Assembly: GCA_963850905.1 (NCBI GenBank)
Contig: CAWKMU010000003.1
Location: 3,456,001 to 3,520,000, forward strand
Direction: 5' to 3'
DNA: 64,000 nt
Origin: an uncultured Gemmatimonadales bacterium
GTDB lineage: Bacteria; Gemmatimonadota; Gemmatimonadetes; Gemmatimonadales; Gemmatimonadaceae
The notes under the pieces are model-generated. The model ran no database searches. It worked only from the letters and a program-made list of their open reading frames with translations, and was not told the origin of the DNA. Both the position numbers and the translations under genes were made by a program. Below, one piece after another: positions 29,585-39,096 of this stretch; position 1 is the first letter of the stretch, and each line of letters starts with the position of its first letter.

Positions 29585-30772
29585 TCATCGCGCCGGCCAA
29601 CCAGTCTGCGGCAATGCCTTCGTGATTTTGAGCGCGTTCGCGAAATACACCTTTTTGAGCACGGTGTCCGGGAGCGCGATGCCGTACAGCTTCCAAAATG
29701 CATGGTACGGCCGGTAGTAGTCGAAGTACTCGTCCGCCGTTTCGAACACGCGAAAGTAGTACGGATACTCGCTCGGCTGAAACGCATCCTTCCCGAAGAG
29801 AATGCGATCTTGATACCTCACGAAGAAATCGTGTGACGCGCGCGGCTGGCGGCCGATATCGTAGAGCACCGCCCCGACCTCCGTGTACACGTTCGGCATC
29901 GCATCGAGCATCGCGCTGAGCGACGCGAGGTCGTTCGCGTGCCACCCCATGTGCGCGGCCACGAACGTCGTCCGCGGATGCTTGCGGAACATGTTGTCCC
30001 GCTCCGTCATCAGCTCCTCGAAACTGGGAAAGCGATCGCGGGGGTACCGACGTCCCGGGAAGAGTGCCAGCTCCAACCAGCGCTCATTGGAGTAGTCCAA
30101 CGGCTGAAAGAACTCCTGCGGATCCGCCGTATGAATGAAGACGGGAATCCCCAATCGCGCGCACTCGTCCCAGACGGGATCGAGCGCTGGATCGTCGATA
30201 CGTAGTCGCGAACCGTCCCGCTTCCGGGTCGACAACCCGAGGCTCTTTGGGATCTCACCGACGCCGACCGCACCCGCCGCCACGTCGGCATCGAGCTGCT
30301 TGACCGCTCGCTCGGCCCATCCCGGTCCGACGTCGCTGAAGTCGATTCCGGCGAGCACCCGGACCCGATCCTTCATGGCGTCTGACGCACGGATCGCCGC
30401 GAGCGCGCCGCCTAGCTCGCTGCCCGAGAGGTTGTCGGCGGAGATCAGCATGCGCACGTTCAAGCGATCCAGATCGGTCCGCAGCGTTTCGAGGCCTTGC
30501 GCGGACATGATGAGATCCTCGGGATGACCGTGGAAGTCGATCGCCGGGTATTTCGCCGCCTTCACCAGGTGCGCGGCGGTCAGAAGCGTCGATTTCGGCC
30601 GATAGTCGAGAATGCTCGGTGGTGCCTCGCGCGGAGCGACGCAGTTGCCCGGCCTGACTTCGGTCGTTCCCGTGGGGCACGCGCCGCTCGCGGCCGTTTG
30701 GGCACTCACCCGAATCGGTACCGACACCAGCAGAATCGCGATAGAAGCAACGATAGAAGCAGCTGGTGGCAT
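29585..30772 (-). CDS. Exported amidohydrolase-2 family metallohydrolase
   Basis: IDFHGH, GVGE, IHTAD, AHMG, ILFGKD. Confidence 0.88.
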   Translation of the reverse strand: MPPAASIVASIAILLVSVPIRVSAQTAASGACPTGTTEVRPGNCVAPREAPPSILDYRPKSTLLTAAHLVKAAKYPAIDFHGHPEDLIMSAQGLETLRTDLDRLNVRMLISADNLSGSELGGALAAIRASDAMKDRVRVLAGIDFSDVGPGWAERAVKQLDADVAAGAVGVGEIPKSLGLSTRKRDGSRLRIDDPALDPVWDECARLGIPVFIHTADPQEFFQPLDYSNERWLELALFPGRRYPRDRFPSFEELMTERDNMFRKHPRTTFVAAHMGWHANDLASLSAMLDAMPNVYTEVGAVLYDIGRQPRASHDFFVRYQDRILFGKDAFQPSEYPYYFRVFETADEYFDYYRPYHAFWKLYGIALPDTVLKKVYFANALKITKALPQTGWPAR

Positions 30773-30937
30773 AGTTCAATCGTACGAAGCGGCAGCGTGA
30801 TTCGGCTAGGGCTGGCCGCCCACTACGCTACATCAGCACCGGCAGTCGTTCGTGGTGACGCACTCGAGAGGAGACTGCCGGAGGTCAGGGACCAAACCAT
30901 AACGCGGCCGCGCGCACCCCTGGCCAGCCTTGGACCG

Positions 30938-30962
30938 GTAGGGGCGACGCATTGCGTCGCCC
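30938..30962. repeat. GTAG-type REP
   Basis: GTAGGGGCGACGCATTGCGTCGCCC, preceded by gccttggaccg as in the 63618 copy. Confidence 0.85.
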
Positions 30963-31007
30963 TGCGATCCGGCAAACGAAGCCCGATTCGGGGGGACCCC
31001 GACCGGG

Positions 31008-32255
31008 TCAGAGTGCTTCTATGTACGCGACCTCGCCGTGCAGGACCATATCGAGCCCAGCGGTCTGCCCGGCCTCGTCAATCTTCACTGGTGTGATCCG
31101 GTCGATGATCCAGAGCATGGCGTAGGTGAAGACGAACGCCCACGCCGTGGCAATGCCGACGGCGCCGAGCTCCACGAAGAAGAAATGCGGGTTGCCGTTG
31201 AACAGCCCGTTGTTGCCCGCGGGGTTGAATGCGAGACTGGCGTAGGCGCCGAGGCTCACGATGCCAAGGAATCCACCGACTCCGTGTACGCCCCATACGT
31301 CGAGCGCGTCATCCCACTGCAGTCGATTCTTGAGCGCGACGGCGTAGAAGCAGACGATCCCCGCCAGGATCCCGATGAGGACCGCCACACCGGGGGAGAC
31401 ATATCCGGAAGCCGGGGTGATCGTCGCGAGCCCCGCCACGGACCCCGTGAGCAGGCCCAGGAACTTCGGTTTCTTGCTCGTCAGCCAATCGATCGCGAGC
31501 CAGGTGATCGCCCCGAAGCTGGCCGCGAGATCAGTATTGATGAATGCGACCGTGGTCACCGAGTCGACTCTGAACTCGCTGCCGGCGTTGAAGCCGTACC
31601 ACCCGAACCAAAGGAGGCCGGTCCCGAGCGCTACCAGCGGGATCGAGTGCGGCGCCTGATCTGCTGCCCTCCGCCGTCCGACATACAGCACCGAGGCGAG
31701 CGCCGCGACGCCAGCGATGTTGTGCACGACGATGCCGCCGGCGAAGTCGAGGACGCCCCAGTGTGCCATGATGCCGCCGCCCCAGATCATGTGCACGAAC
31801 GGGAAATAGACCAGGATCAGCCACGCCGTGAGGAAGAGCATATACGCAGGGAACCGCACGCGATTCGCAAAGGCCCCGGTGATGAGCGCCGGCGTGATGA
31901 TGGCGAACATCATCTGGTACCCGAAGAACACGAAGAGCGGGATCGTGTCGTTGGTCGGGGACGGAGTGGTCAGCGAGACTCCGTGGAGGAACGCCCAGTG
32001 GAAGTTGCCCAGGATTCCCGCGAAGTCCGTCCCGCTCTTGAAATCGCCGCTGAAGCACAGCGAGAAGCCAAAGGCCCACCAGATGACCGTCGTCCACCCC
32101 ATCGATGCGAAGCTCTGCATCATGATCGCGAGCACGTTCTTGCGGCCGACCAGCCCCCCGTAGAAGAAGGCGAGCCCCGGTGTCATGAGCATGACGAGGC
32201 TCGAACAGAGGAGCATGAAGCCCGTGTTGCCGGTATCGAGGTTGAGATGCGGCAT
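31008..32255 (-). CDS. amtB: Ammonium transporter
   Basis: LMTPGLAFFYGG, DFAGGIVVH, WFGWYGFNAGS, DDALDVWGVHG. Confidence 0.95.
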   Translation of the reverse strand: MPHLNLDTGNTGFMLLCSSLVMLMTPGLAFFYGGLVGRKNVLAIMMQSFASMGWTTVIWWAFGFSLCFSGDFKSGTDFAGILGNFHWAFLHGVSLTTPSPTNDTIPLFVFFGYQMMFAIITPALITGAFANRVRFPAYMLFLTAWLILVYFPFVHMIWGGGIMAHWGVLDFAGGIVVHNIAGVAALASVLYVGRRRAADQAPHSIPLVALGTGLLWFGWYGFNAGSEFRVDSVTTVAFINTDLAASFGAITWLAIDWLTSKKPKFLGLLTGSVAGLATITPASGYVSPGVAVLIGILAGIVCFYAVALKNRLQWDDALDVWGVHGVGGFLGIVSLGAYASLAFNPAGNNGLFNGNPHFFFVELGAVGIATAWAFVFTYAMLWIIDRITPVKIDEAGQTAGLDMVLHGEVAYIEAL

Positions 32256-32692
32256 GCGATCGCGTCCTCACGAAACGAGGGACCCGGACCATCGGTGGAT
32301 TGCGTCCTCTACGTCGCGGCGTGTTCGCCGTGTTCGCGCGGGGCTGATAGTATCCCGCCGTCAGCCCTGGGGGCAATACACCGGGCGCGGCCACCACGGA
32401 AGGGTCGCTGCGTGGTAGCACGGGAGGCGAGCGCTCAGCCGTGGCGCTCGCGCGGCAGCGGATGTGGTCGCATTGGACCAAAGTAGCCGGACCACGCCGC
32501 CGCACAGCGGATGTAAGCCGGTCGATGGGGTCTCGATTTTGCGTCCGACAACGGTTCGAGCAGTGATCGAACGCTGCACAACGGTCGCGATCCACGCGTC
32601 GCGCATCAATCCTGTTGTACCACTCCCCTCGACCGTAGGTCAACTTGGGGCGCACCTATCAAACGACGCACGCTCGATCACGGCAGACGGTG

Positions 32693-33652
32693 ATGCCCTT
32701 CCACAGCGGTCGCCGCGCCACGCCACCTGTTTCTCGCGCCGCTGCGCTCGTTGTCCAATTGGCGGCTGCGCTCGTCGCGGTATGTACGGTCGCCCAGAGC
32801 GCGGTCGCGCAGCACGCGGACTCGAGCGTGCACGTCACGTCCGCCTCGAGCCAGCTATCTGACACTACCATCGGTCCGCCGGAGCGTTTCGGCCACGTGC
32901 CCTTGCGATTCGTCATCGATCTTGGTGGCTACCTGCCTTTCATATCCACGCATGCGAGCCTCTCCGCCCAGCTCCGCAACGGCACCAACGTGAATCTCGA
33001 GAACGTGCTCGGGCTGTCGCCCAGTACGCAGACGTTCAATGCCGGTGCGTCGTGGCGGATCAGTAAGCACAACTTTCTCGCCTTCGACTACTTCGGCTTC
33101 AGCCGGAGTGCCACGAAGACGATCAGCGACAGTATCATCTGGGGCGCCAACACCTATCACGCCGGCACGACGCTCGACGTGAAAAATAGCATCGACTATT
33201 ACGGGCTCTCGTACCGGTATTACATCTGGCGCGAACCGAACTGGGAGCTTGGCCCGGGCATCGGAATCGACGCGTTGCATGTCGCCAGCAGTATGGGCAT
33301 TCGGGTCACTGGTTCAGGAAGCGGCACGGGTGTGGCCGACAGCGCGAAAGCCAGCGGCAGCATTACAGTCCCGGTCCCGTTGCTGGGCATTTATGGCGAC
33401 TGGGAGTTTGTCCCGCGCGTGTTCGTGAAAGGCGGGTTTCAATACATCTATGTCAACGATATCGCGAGCTACGGCGGCCATGTGGGTGACGGCGTCCTGG
33501 GTCTCGAGTGGTACCCGTTCAACCATTTCGGCCTTGGCGCGATGTACCACTACATTGGCGCTGACCTCAGCAAGATATCGCGCTCCGGCAATACGGTGAG
33601 ATTCAACTACACGATCCAGGGACCCGCTCTCTACCTGTCCGCGACGTTCTAG
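32693..33652 (+). CDS. Outer-membrane beta-barrel protein
   Basis: Signal (AVAQ), amphipathic aromatic beta strands, C-terminal YLSATF. Confidence 0.7.
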   Translation: MPFHSGRRATPPVSRAAALVVQLAAALVAVCTVAQSAVAQHADSSVHVTSASSQLSDTTIGPPERFGHVPLRFVIDLGGYLPFISTHASLSAQLRNGTNVNLENVLGLSPSTQTFNAGASWRISKHNFLAFDYFGFSRSATKTISDSIIWGANTYHAGTTLDVKNSIDYYGLSYRYYIWREPNWELGPGIGIDALHVASSMGIRVTGSGSGTGVADSAKASGSITVPVPLLGIYGDWEFVPRVFVKGGFQYIYVNDIASYGGHVGDGVLGLEWYPFNHFGLGAMYHYIGADLSKISRSGNTVRFNYTIQGPALYLSATF

Positions 33653-34209
33653 CTGGACGCACTGGGCTCAGGGATGGCCAGGGCGACGAACCGGTCCAAC
33701 GCCCGTGTGACGCGCGCATGGTCACCCGTGCTCAAGAGCTCCAAGAAAAGCCCGTCGAACACCGCGACGCATAGCGTCGCCATTGCTTTGGATCGGATCG
33801 ATTCCGAAAGCGCGCGCTCGCTGAGTGTCAGCCAGGCCGACGACGATTTCTCCAGATAGCGGCCATATTCGGCGGGGTTCTGGATGGCAATGATCTGGAC
33901 CTCATAGAGCAGCCGAAAGTACGGCAGGTTCTTCGAGCTCGTCGCCCATCGCCAGTAACGCTTGATCGGGGCTTCTGGGCGCAGCCCGGAATCGGCCCTG
34001 GTCATCGCCACGAAGGACGCCTGGAGACGGGACTGCAGTTCGCTAAAGACCTCCTGGAGGAGGCGCTCCTTCGACTGAAAGTGAAAAATGAGGAGCCGCG
34101 CACTGGTGCCCATCGCCGCCGCCATCGGTCGCAGCGACACGTTGGCGACACCGTTCTCGACCAAGTAGTCGACCGCGGCATCGAGCAGTTCGGCCTTGCG
34201 CGCCAGCAT
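33649..34209 (-). CDS. TetR/AcrR family regulator
   Basis: ELLDAAVDYL..GVANVSLRPMAAAMGTSARLLIFHFQSKERL. Confidence 0.9.
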   Translation of the reverse strand: MLARKAELLDAAVDYLVENGVANVSLRPMAAAMGTSARLLIFHFQSKERLLQEVFSELQSRLQASFVAMTRADSGLRPEAPIKRYWRWATSSKNLPYFRLLYEVQIIAIQNPAEYGRYLEKSSSAWLTLSERALSESIRSKAMATLCVAVFDGLFLELLSTGDHARVTRALDRFVALAIPEPSASS

Positions 34210-34225
34210 GTAACGAACGTTACAT
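34208..34225. promoter_or_regulatory. Probable TetR operator
   Basis: Perfect inverted repeat ATGTAACG-AA-CGTTACAT between divergent tetR and hydrolase, overlapping the tetR ATG. Confidence 0.7.
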
Positions 34226-34277
34226 TATACGATCCTTTGGTTCAAGCGAGGCGCGGGTGGCAGGATCGTGGAATACC

Positions 34278-35244
34278 ATGCTGCTGGCTGTGGCCTGGGC
34301 CCAGCTCGCGACTGGGTCGATGAATGTTCGGTGGGACGACGGCGCGACGGATTGCAAGACGAGTCGGCAACCGGCGATCCAGGTGCATGCGTACAATCCG
34401 CAGACGTTCATCCTGCGCGAAAATCTGTGCGCCACGTTCGAGGCGCCTTTCATGTACCTCCTGAAGGGATCGACGCGCGCGCTCTTGATCGACGACGGTG
34501 ATGTCGCCGATCCGCGGCAGATGCCATTGGCACGGACGGTGATGGACCTGCTGCGCGCGGATGGATCGCCGCAGGTGCCCTTACTGGTGGTGCACACCCA
34601 CCGGCACCTGGACCATCGGGAGGGCGATGGGCAGTTCGCCCATCTACCAGGGGTACAGGTGGTCGGGTTCGATCTCGAAAGCGTCAAGCGCTTCTACGGG
34701 TTCGGCGATTGGCCGAACGGCGTCGCCCAGATCGACCTCGGTGGACGCGTTGTGGACGTCCTGCCGACTCCGGGCCACAACGAGACGCATCTCGGTGTTC
34801 TATGACCGGAACACAGCGCTGCTCTTCTCCGGCGACTTTCTCATGCCAGCCCGCCTGCTCATCGATGACACCGACGCGGAACGCGCGAGCGCGACGCGAA
34901 TGGCGGCATTCGCCCAGGACCACCCGATTGTGTACGTCCTGGGTGGACACATCGAGCAGGACACCGCCGGACAGCTATTCCCCTGGGAGTCGACGTACCA
35001 TCCCCACGAGCATGTCCTTCAGATGACGAAGGCCGACGTGCTCGCACTGCCGGCGGCCGTCGCTGCATTCAATGGGTTCTACACCGAGCGCGGCACGCTC
35101 GTCATGGAGAATTCGATCCGCGTGCTCATCGTGCTGGCCGTCGCCACCGTGCTGGTGCTCGTCGCGCTCGTGTGGGCGGCCCTCCTATACCGCCGTCGCC
35201 GCCGGATCGCTCGTCAGCACCGATTGGCCGAAAATCGACGCTGA
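34278..35244 (+). pseudogene. Metallo-beta-lactamase-fold hydrolase split by a +1 frameshift at about 34794
   Basis: THRHLDH motif and TPGH in the first frame; VFYDRNT..LFSGD..GGH in the second; removing one G of CTCGGTG gives HLVFYD. Confidence 0.8.
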
Positions 35245-35537
35245 GCGCGCACGAAGGGCCGGCGTGTGCGGTCTCCAGGGGGGCTCGGCGGACGCGGCGC
35301 CTGTAGAAGGCCAAGGAGAACCAGGCTGCCACTTCAGGGAGCCCAGCCGACGGTCAGAGCTCCGGTTTTTGAGACAGTGGCCTGCGAGTGGTATCTTCCC
35401 CCAGCCCGCTCGGCACGGTCGAAGCAGACGCGGGGTCGGCGAAGCGCCAGCAGGTCGCCTGGACGTGCACTACATCATTCGCTTCAACAGAGTCGGCCGC
35501 GGAACGCCCGAAGTTTCACATTGACTGGAGTTACTCT

Positions 35538-35933
35538 ATGCACCACGCGATTCGCTACGAAGGTGGGTTCGAGCTCAATTTCTCCACACTGCGCCCCGGC
35601 GCAGTCGACTTCGAGGGTGACGAAGGTGGCCGGCATGCCATGCCCGCGTGGCCGACAGATATCGACGGGCTCCGCTTTGGCTTCATGGAACGGCGCGGCA
35701 AGCGCTTCGTCGCGGTACGCGCGCAGTATGGCGATGCGGATGTCGTCGTCGCGAACGTCGTGCCGATCGACGCGTCACGCCACTTGAATGGCCGCCGCGT
35801 GGGAGCGGACGCGCTCACCCTGTCCGATGAATCGGCCGGCGCCTTGCTCGGCGACATGATCGAGGCGAACCCCGCTCAGCGCGCCGCCCTCCTCGGGCTG
35901 CGGGAGCAGATTCGACAGAAGCTCGATCGGTAG
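35538..35933 (+). CDS. Hypothetical protein
   Basis: RBS GGAG before ATG 35538; normal codon usage. Confidence 0.6.
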   Translation: MHHAIRYEGGFELNFSTLRPGAVDFEGDEGGRHAMPAWPTDIDGLRFGFMERRGKRFVAVRAQYGDADVVVANVVPIDASRHLNGRRVGADALTLSDESAGALLGDMIEANPAQRAALLGLREQIRQKLDR

Positions 35934-36133
35934 TGCTGGTCGCTCCGAACCCCTGTCCCCCACGAAGGAACTCGCCGCTTGGCGCCGACCGCGTGACGCG
36001 GGCCGAAGCGACGCGGCCCTTCACCATGGCCGTGGGCTCGTTGCCAGGGATAGCGGCGTCGACCGGTGAGCGCGACAAGAAGCGGGTTTGCAATTCTTCG
36101 TAGCAGCTGACACTCATGCAGCCGACGATCGGC

Positions 36134-37120
36134 CTATTCTGCCGATGCCGGCTCGGCGCCTTTGAGCCGGTACAGTGCCCCGGTTTTTGTTAGTCCGAAT
36201 TGGAGCCAGTCGCGTCCCACCGTTTGCAGCTTGATGAAGAACTGCTTGCACCGTTCGATGGCCGCCCGGTCGACGTCAGCCTGTGACTTGAACTTGTACT
36301 GAAAGGCGAACTCTCCGACGAGCGCCTTGTGTTCCCCCCTCGTGCGCCACATCCCCACATTGGCTCTGGCAGTCATCCCTTTGCCGAAGTCCAACATGCA
36401 GATGTCTTGCAGCACCTCCTCGATGAACGTCTGGTTGACGAGCTCGACCCGTTTGGCGCCAGACGCCAACAGCGGCCGCAATGCCGGGAACACCTGCGAC
36501 AAGAACGCCGTAGATGTGCGGTCTCCCTCGGGAACCTGACTCAACGGAAATTGAACGTTGTGCGAGAAGAGAATGCGAAAGGCGCCCACCTGGTCGCGCA
36601 GCGTGAGCGCCTGGACCTTGAACTTGATGCGATAGTCTCCGGCAAAGTTCGGCCTCACATCGGTCTCGGCGGCCGCTTGCAAGTCCGGGTTGCGAAACTT
36701 GAACACGATCTCTGGCTCTGCGGCCGGAAAGCCGTCTTCGAATCGGATTCGTCTTCGAAGGATGAACGACCGTTTGTAGAGGCGGAAATCGGGGGTATCG
36801 AGGAACAGCACCTCGCGCACTGCGGGCTTCGCTCCGACAAAGGGCTTCGTGTCCACGCCGATGCCAAACTCGTCGGCAGCCTCCTCGACGACTTCGCCGA
36901 AATCCTGGAACACTTTCGGCGAGGTGAACCGATCCGCCTTGAGGATCACCTTGCATGCGAGATACTGCGGCGTCCGAAAGGGCGTTCCATCCGCGTAACG
37001 CCCTTTCTTGACCTGCAGTGTTCGTTGTTGCGAGTCGGACCGACTCGTTTTGCGCGCCGGAACCCGCCCGGGCGCGTGGATGCGCTTGGCGCGTGTGCGC
37101 CTGGGTTTTGTTGTTGGCAT
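36134..37120 (-). CDS. CYTH/triphosphate-tunnel-like hypothetical protein
   Basis: FLDTPDFRLYKRSFILRRR, FKFR, EFAF and C-terminal TKT resemble the CYTH pattern. Confidence 0.55.
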   Translation of the reverse strand: MPTTKPRRTRAKRIHAPGRVPARKTSRSDSQQRTLQVKKGRYADGTPFRTPQYLACKVILKADRFTSPKVFQDFGEVVEEAADEFGIGVDTKPFVGAKPAVREVLFLDTPDFRLYKRSFILRRRIRFEDGFPAAEPEIVFKFRNPDLQAAAETDVRPNFAGDYRIKFKVQALTLRDQVGAFRILFSHNVQFPLSQVPEGDRTSTAFLSQVFPALRPLLASGAKRVELVNQTFIEEVLQDICMLDFGKGMTARANVGMWRTRGEHKALVGEFAFQYKFKSQADVDRAAIERCKQFFIKLQTVGRDWLQFGLTKTGALYRLKGAEPASAE

Positions 37121-37219
37121 GTTAGGATGCGTGCCGCATGAGGCGAGCCACGCTGCGTCGTTCAGGACGGCGGCGGTCTCGAAAAGCGCGGCTCGAAAGC
37201 CAAAGCTCGGTCTCAGCCC

Positions 37220-37747
37220 TCATTTGGGCATGAACGTGAAAAAGCCGATCACCGCTCCTCCCAACACTAGCAGAGCTGGGTTGACCTTGTATTGCATCAA
37301 GATCAGCAGTACGCCAACAGCGATGGCAGCAGTCTCTACGCCGAAGATCGCGCCTTTTGCCATCGTGAAGCAGCCGGCCAGCAGGAGCCCGATGGAGACG
37401 GGAGCAAGGCCCTGTTGAATGGAAGTTCTCCATGGCCACTTCTCGAGTTTCTTCCACGCGCGGGCGACAGCAAACGCGAGCACGGCAGTCGGACCGAAAA
37501 AGGCAATCAACACGGCGAGGGCGCCGAGTAAGCCAGCCGCCCACTGTCCGATGGGGACGATCATCATCATGTTCGGGCCGGGCGCCATCTGCCCCACGCT
37601 GTACAAGTGGATCAACTGGTGAGAGGCGAGCCACTTGTGGACTTCGACCGTCTGGACCTGCATTTCGGGAAATGCCGACATCCCGCCGCCCACCGTTAGG
37701 ATGGATAGGTAGGCGAACACGCGGAGAAGCGCCGGAATCTGGTTCAT
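37220..37747 (-). CDS. Short-chain chromate (CHR) transporter
   Basis: TVGGG, VEVHKWL, GQMAPGPN. Confidence 0.88.
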   Translation of the reverse strand: MNQIPALLRVFAYLSILTVGGGMSAFPEMQVQTVEVHKWLASHQLIHLYSVGQMAPGPNMMMIVPIGQWAAGLLGALAVLIAFFGPTAVLAFAVARAWKKLEKWPWRTSIQQGLAPVSIGLLLAGCFTMAKGAIFGVETAAIAVGVLLILMQYKVNPALLVLGGAVIGFFTFMPK

Positions 37748-38355
37748 TGGGTCACACCGTTGGTCGGCTTTGTGCGAGGCCGATGGAAGAGAATCGCCAA
37801 GATGCCGACGACTACCAGGGTGAGTGGAACTCCCAGGTGCAACCGGTTTACGGAAATCACCGCCAGCGCCATGAAAACGAAATCGAACTTGCCTGCGAGC
37901 GACTTCTTACTGAGCCCGACGACCGTGTACAGGATCAGCCCCACCGCCGCCGCCGCCACCCCCTTCAGTGCAGCGGTAACCCAGGTGCGGTCACCATGGA
38001 TGCGATAGAGGATGCCCACGATGAACATGATCACAGCGCCCGGCAGGCAGATGCCGACGATGGCAACGGTAGAGCCCAGCGCGCCACGCAGCTTCTCGCC
38101 CACCAGCACTGCCATGTTGGTCGCGTTCAAGCCAGGCAGGCTCTGGCTGATGGAAAGCATCTCGACGAATTGCTTGTCGTCGATCCAGTGCCGCTTGGCC
38201 ACCAGGCTGCCGTGAAGGTACGGCACCACGCCGCCGAAGCTGGTGGCGCCGATGAGGAGAAACTCGAGGAATATCTGACTGAGCGCGACTCGAGCTTCGT
38301 CCGAGACAGCCGTTGGTGCGGTTTCCAGCGGGCGTTGAACGGCCCCGTCAGCCAT
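37744..38355 (-). CDS. Short-chain chromate (CHR) transporter, partner half
   Basis: GATSFGG, LVAKRHWI, SQSLPGLN; ATGA overlap with the next gene. Confidence 0.88.
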   Translation of the reverse strand: MADGAVQRPLETAPTAVSDEARVALSQIFLEFLLIGATSFGGVVPYLHGSLVAKRHWIDDKQFVEMLSISQSLPGLNATNMAVLVGEKLRGALGSTVAIVGICLPGAVIMFIVGILYRIHGDRTWVTAALKGVAAAAVGLILYTVVGLSKKSLAGKFDFVFMALAVISVNRLHLGVPLTLVVVGILAILFHRPRTKPTNGVTQ

Positions 38356-38728
38356 GGCGCTACGGCTCGTTGCCGTTGAGGCGATAGCCCAATCGGCTTC
38401 GGATGTCGTGAGCCTCGGGAGAAACGCGTGCTCCGCGTGGACGCGTCCGCCCGTCGAGAGCCGTCCTCGCGTGAGTCGATCGGTGCGGCATGTGTCGTTT
38501 ATCGGGGAATGTCTGAGCCGTGGACCGGAGCCGGCCGTTGCTGCGGCTCAACGAATCAGAGGTTTTTCCGGCCGGCCGCAGGATCGTAGATCATCGCAAC
38601 AGCCCTACGTCTGATGCAGTAGACCTTGGACCTAGCCCGGTCCTCGGCCCCGCGCGAAGCGGAGCAGTTGGGCTCCCACTGGTGCTCAAAGTCCCTAGGC
38701 ACCCTACCCTTGCATTGCCTGCCGCGAT

Positions 38729-38749
38729 TCGCTTTGTTGACATAAGCGA
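38729..38749. promoter_or_regulatory. Imperfect palindrome, candidate PadR operator
   Basis: TCGCTT-tgttgacat-AAGCGA ending 3 nt before the padR ATG; no RBS visible. Confidence 0.45.
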
Positions 38750-38752
38750 TTT

Positions 38753-39094
38753 ATGGCAAAACCCAAGGACCGCCCGCCCGAGCTCGTCCAAGGGACGCTG
38801 GACATGCTCGTGCTCAAAGCGCTCACGCGCGGTACGTGGCACGGCTATGCCGTCGCCGAATGGATTCGCGCCACGTCGCACGACGTGCTGCGGGTGCAGG
38901 AAGGCGCGCTGTATCCGGCACTGCACCGGCTCGAGCTGCAGGGCATGCTCACGTCCGAGTGGGCCATCAGCGACAAGGGCCGCCGAGCCAAGTTCTATAC
39001 GCTCACCGCGGCGGGCCGCAAGCATTCGAGCACCGAAGCGCAGTCGTGGCGCCAGCTCTCGGGCGCCATCGCGCTCGTGATGCGCACCGCGTGA
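38753..39094 (+). CDS. PadR family regulator (ADOP-associated type)
   Basis: QGTLDMLVLKAL, HGYAV, EGALYPALHRLE, RRAKFYTLT. Confidence 0.92.
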   Translation: MAKPKDRPPELVQGTLDMLVLKALTRGTWHGYAVAEWIRATSHDVLRVQEGALYPALHRLELQGMLTSEWAISDKGRRAKFYTLTAAGRKHSSTEAQSWRQLSGAIALVMRTA

Positions 39095-39096
39095 CC

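Noticed and set aside
31008..32255. amtB without adjacent glnK
   Set aside because: Unlinked amt paralogs are common and the twin-His motifs are normal
32256..32692. Riboswitch upstream of amtB
   Set aside because: Only a short GGGCTGA...TCAGCCC hairpin around a -10-like TACTAT; no aptamer consensus recognised
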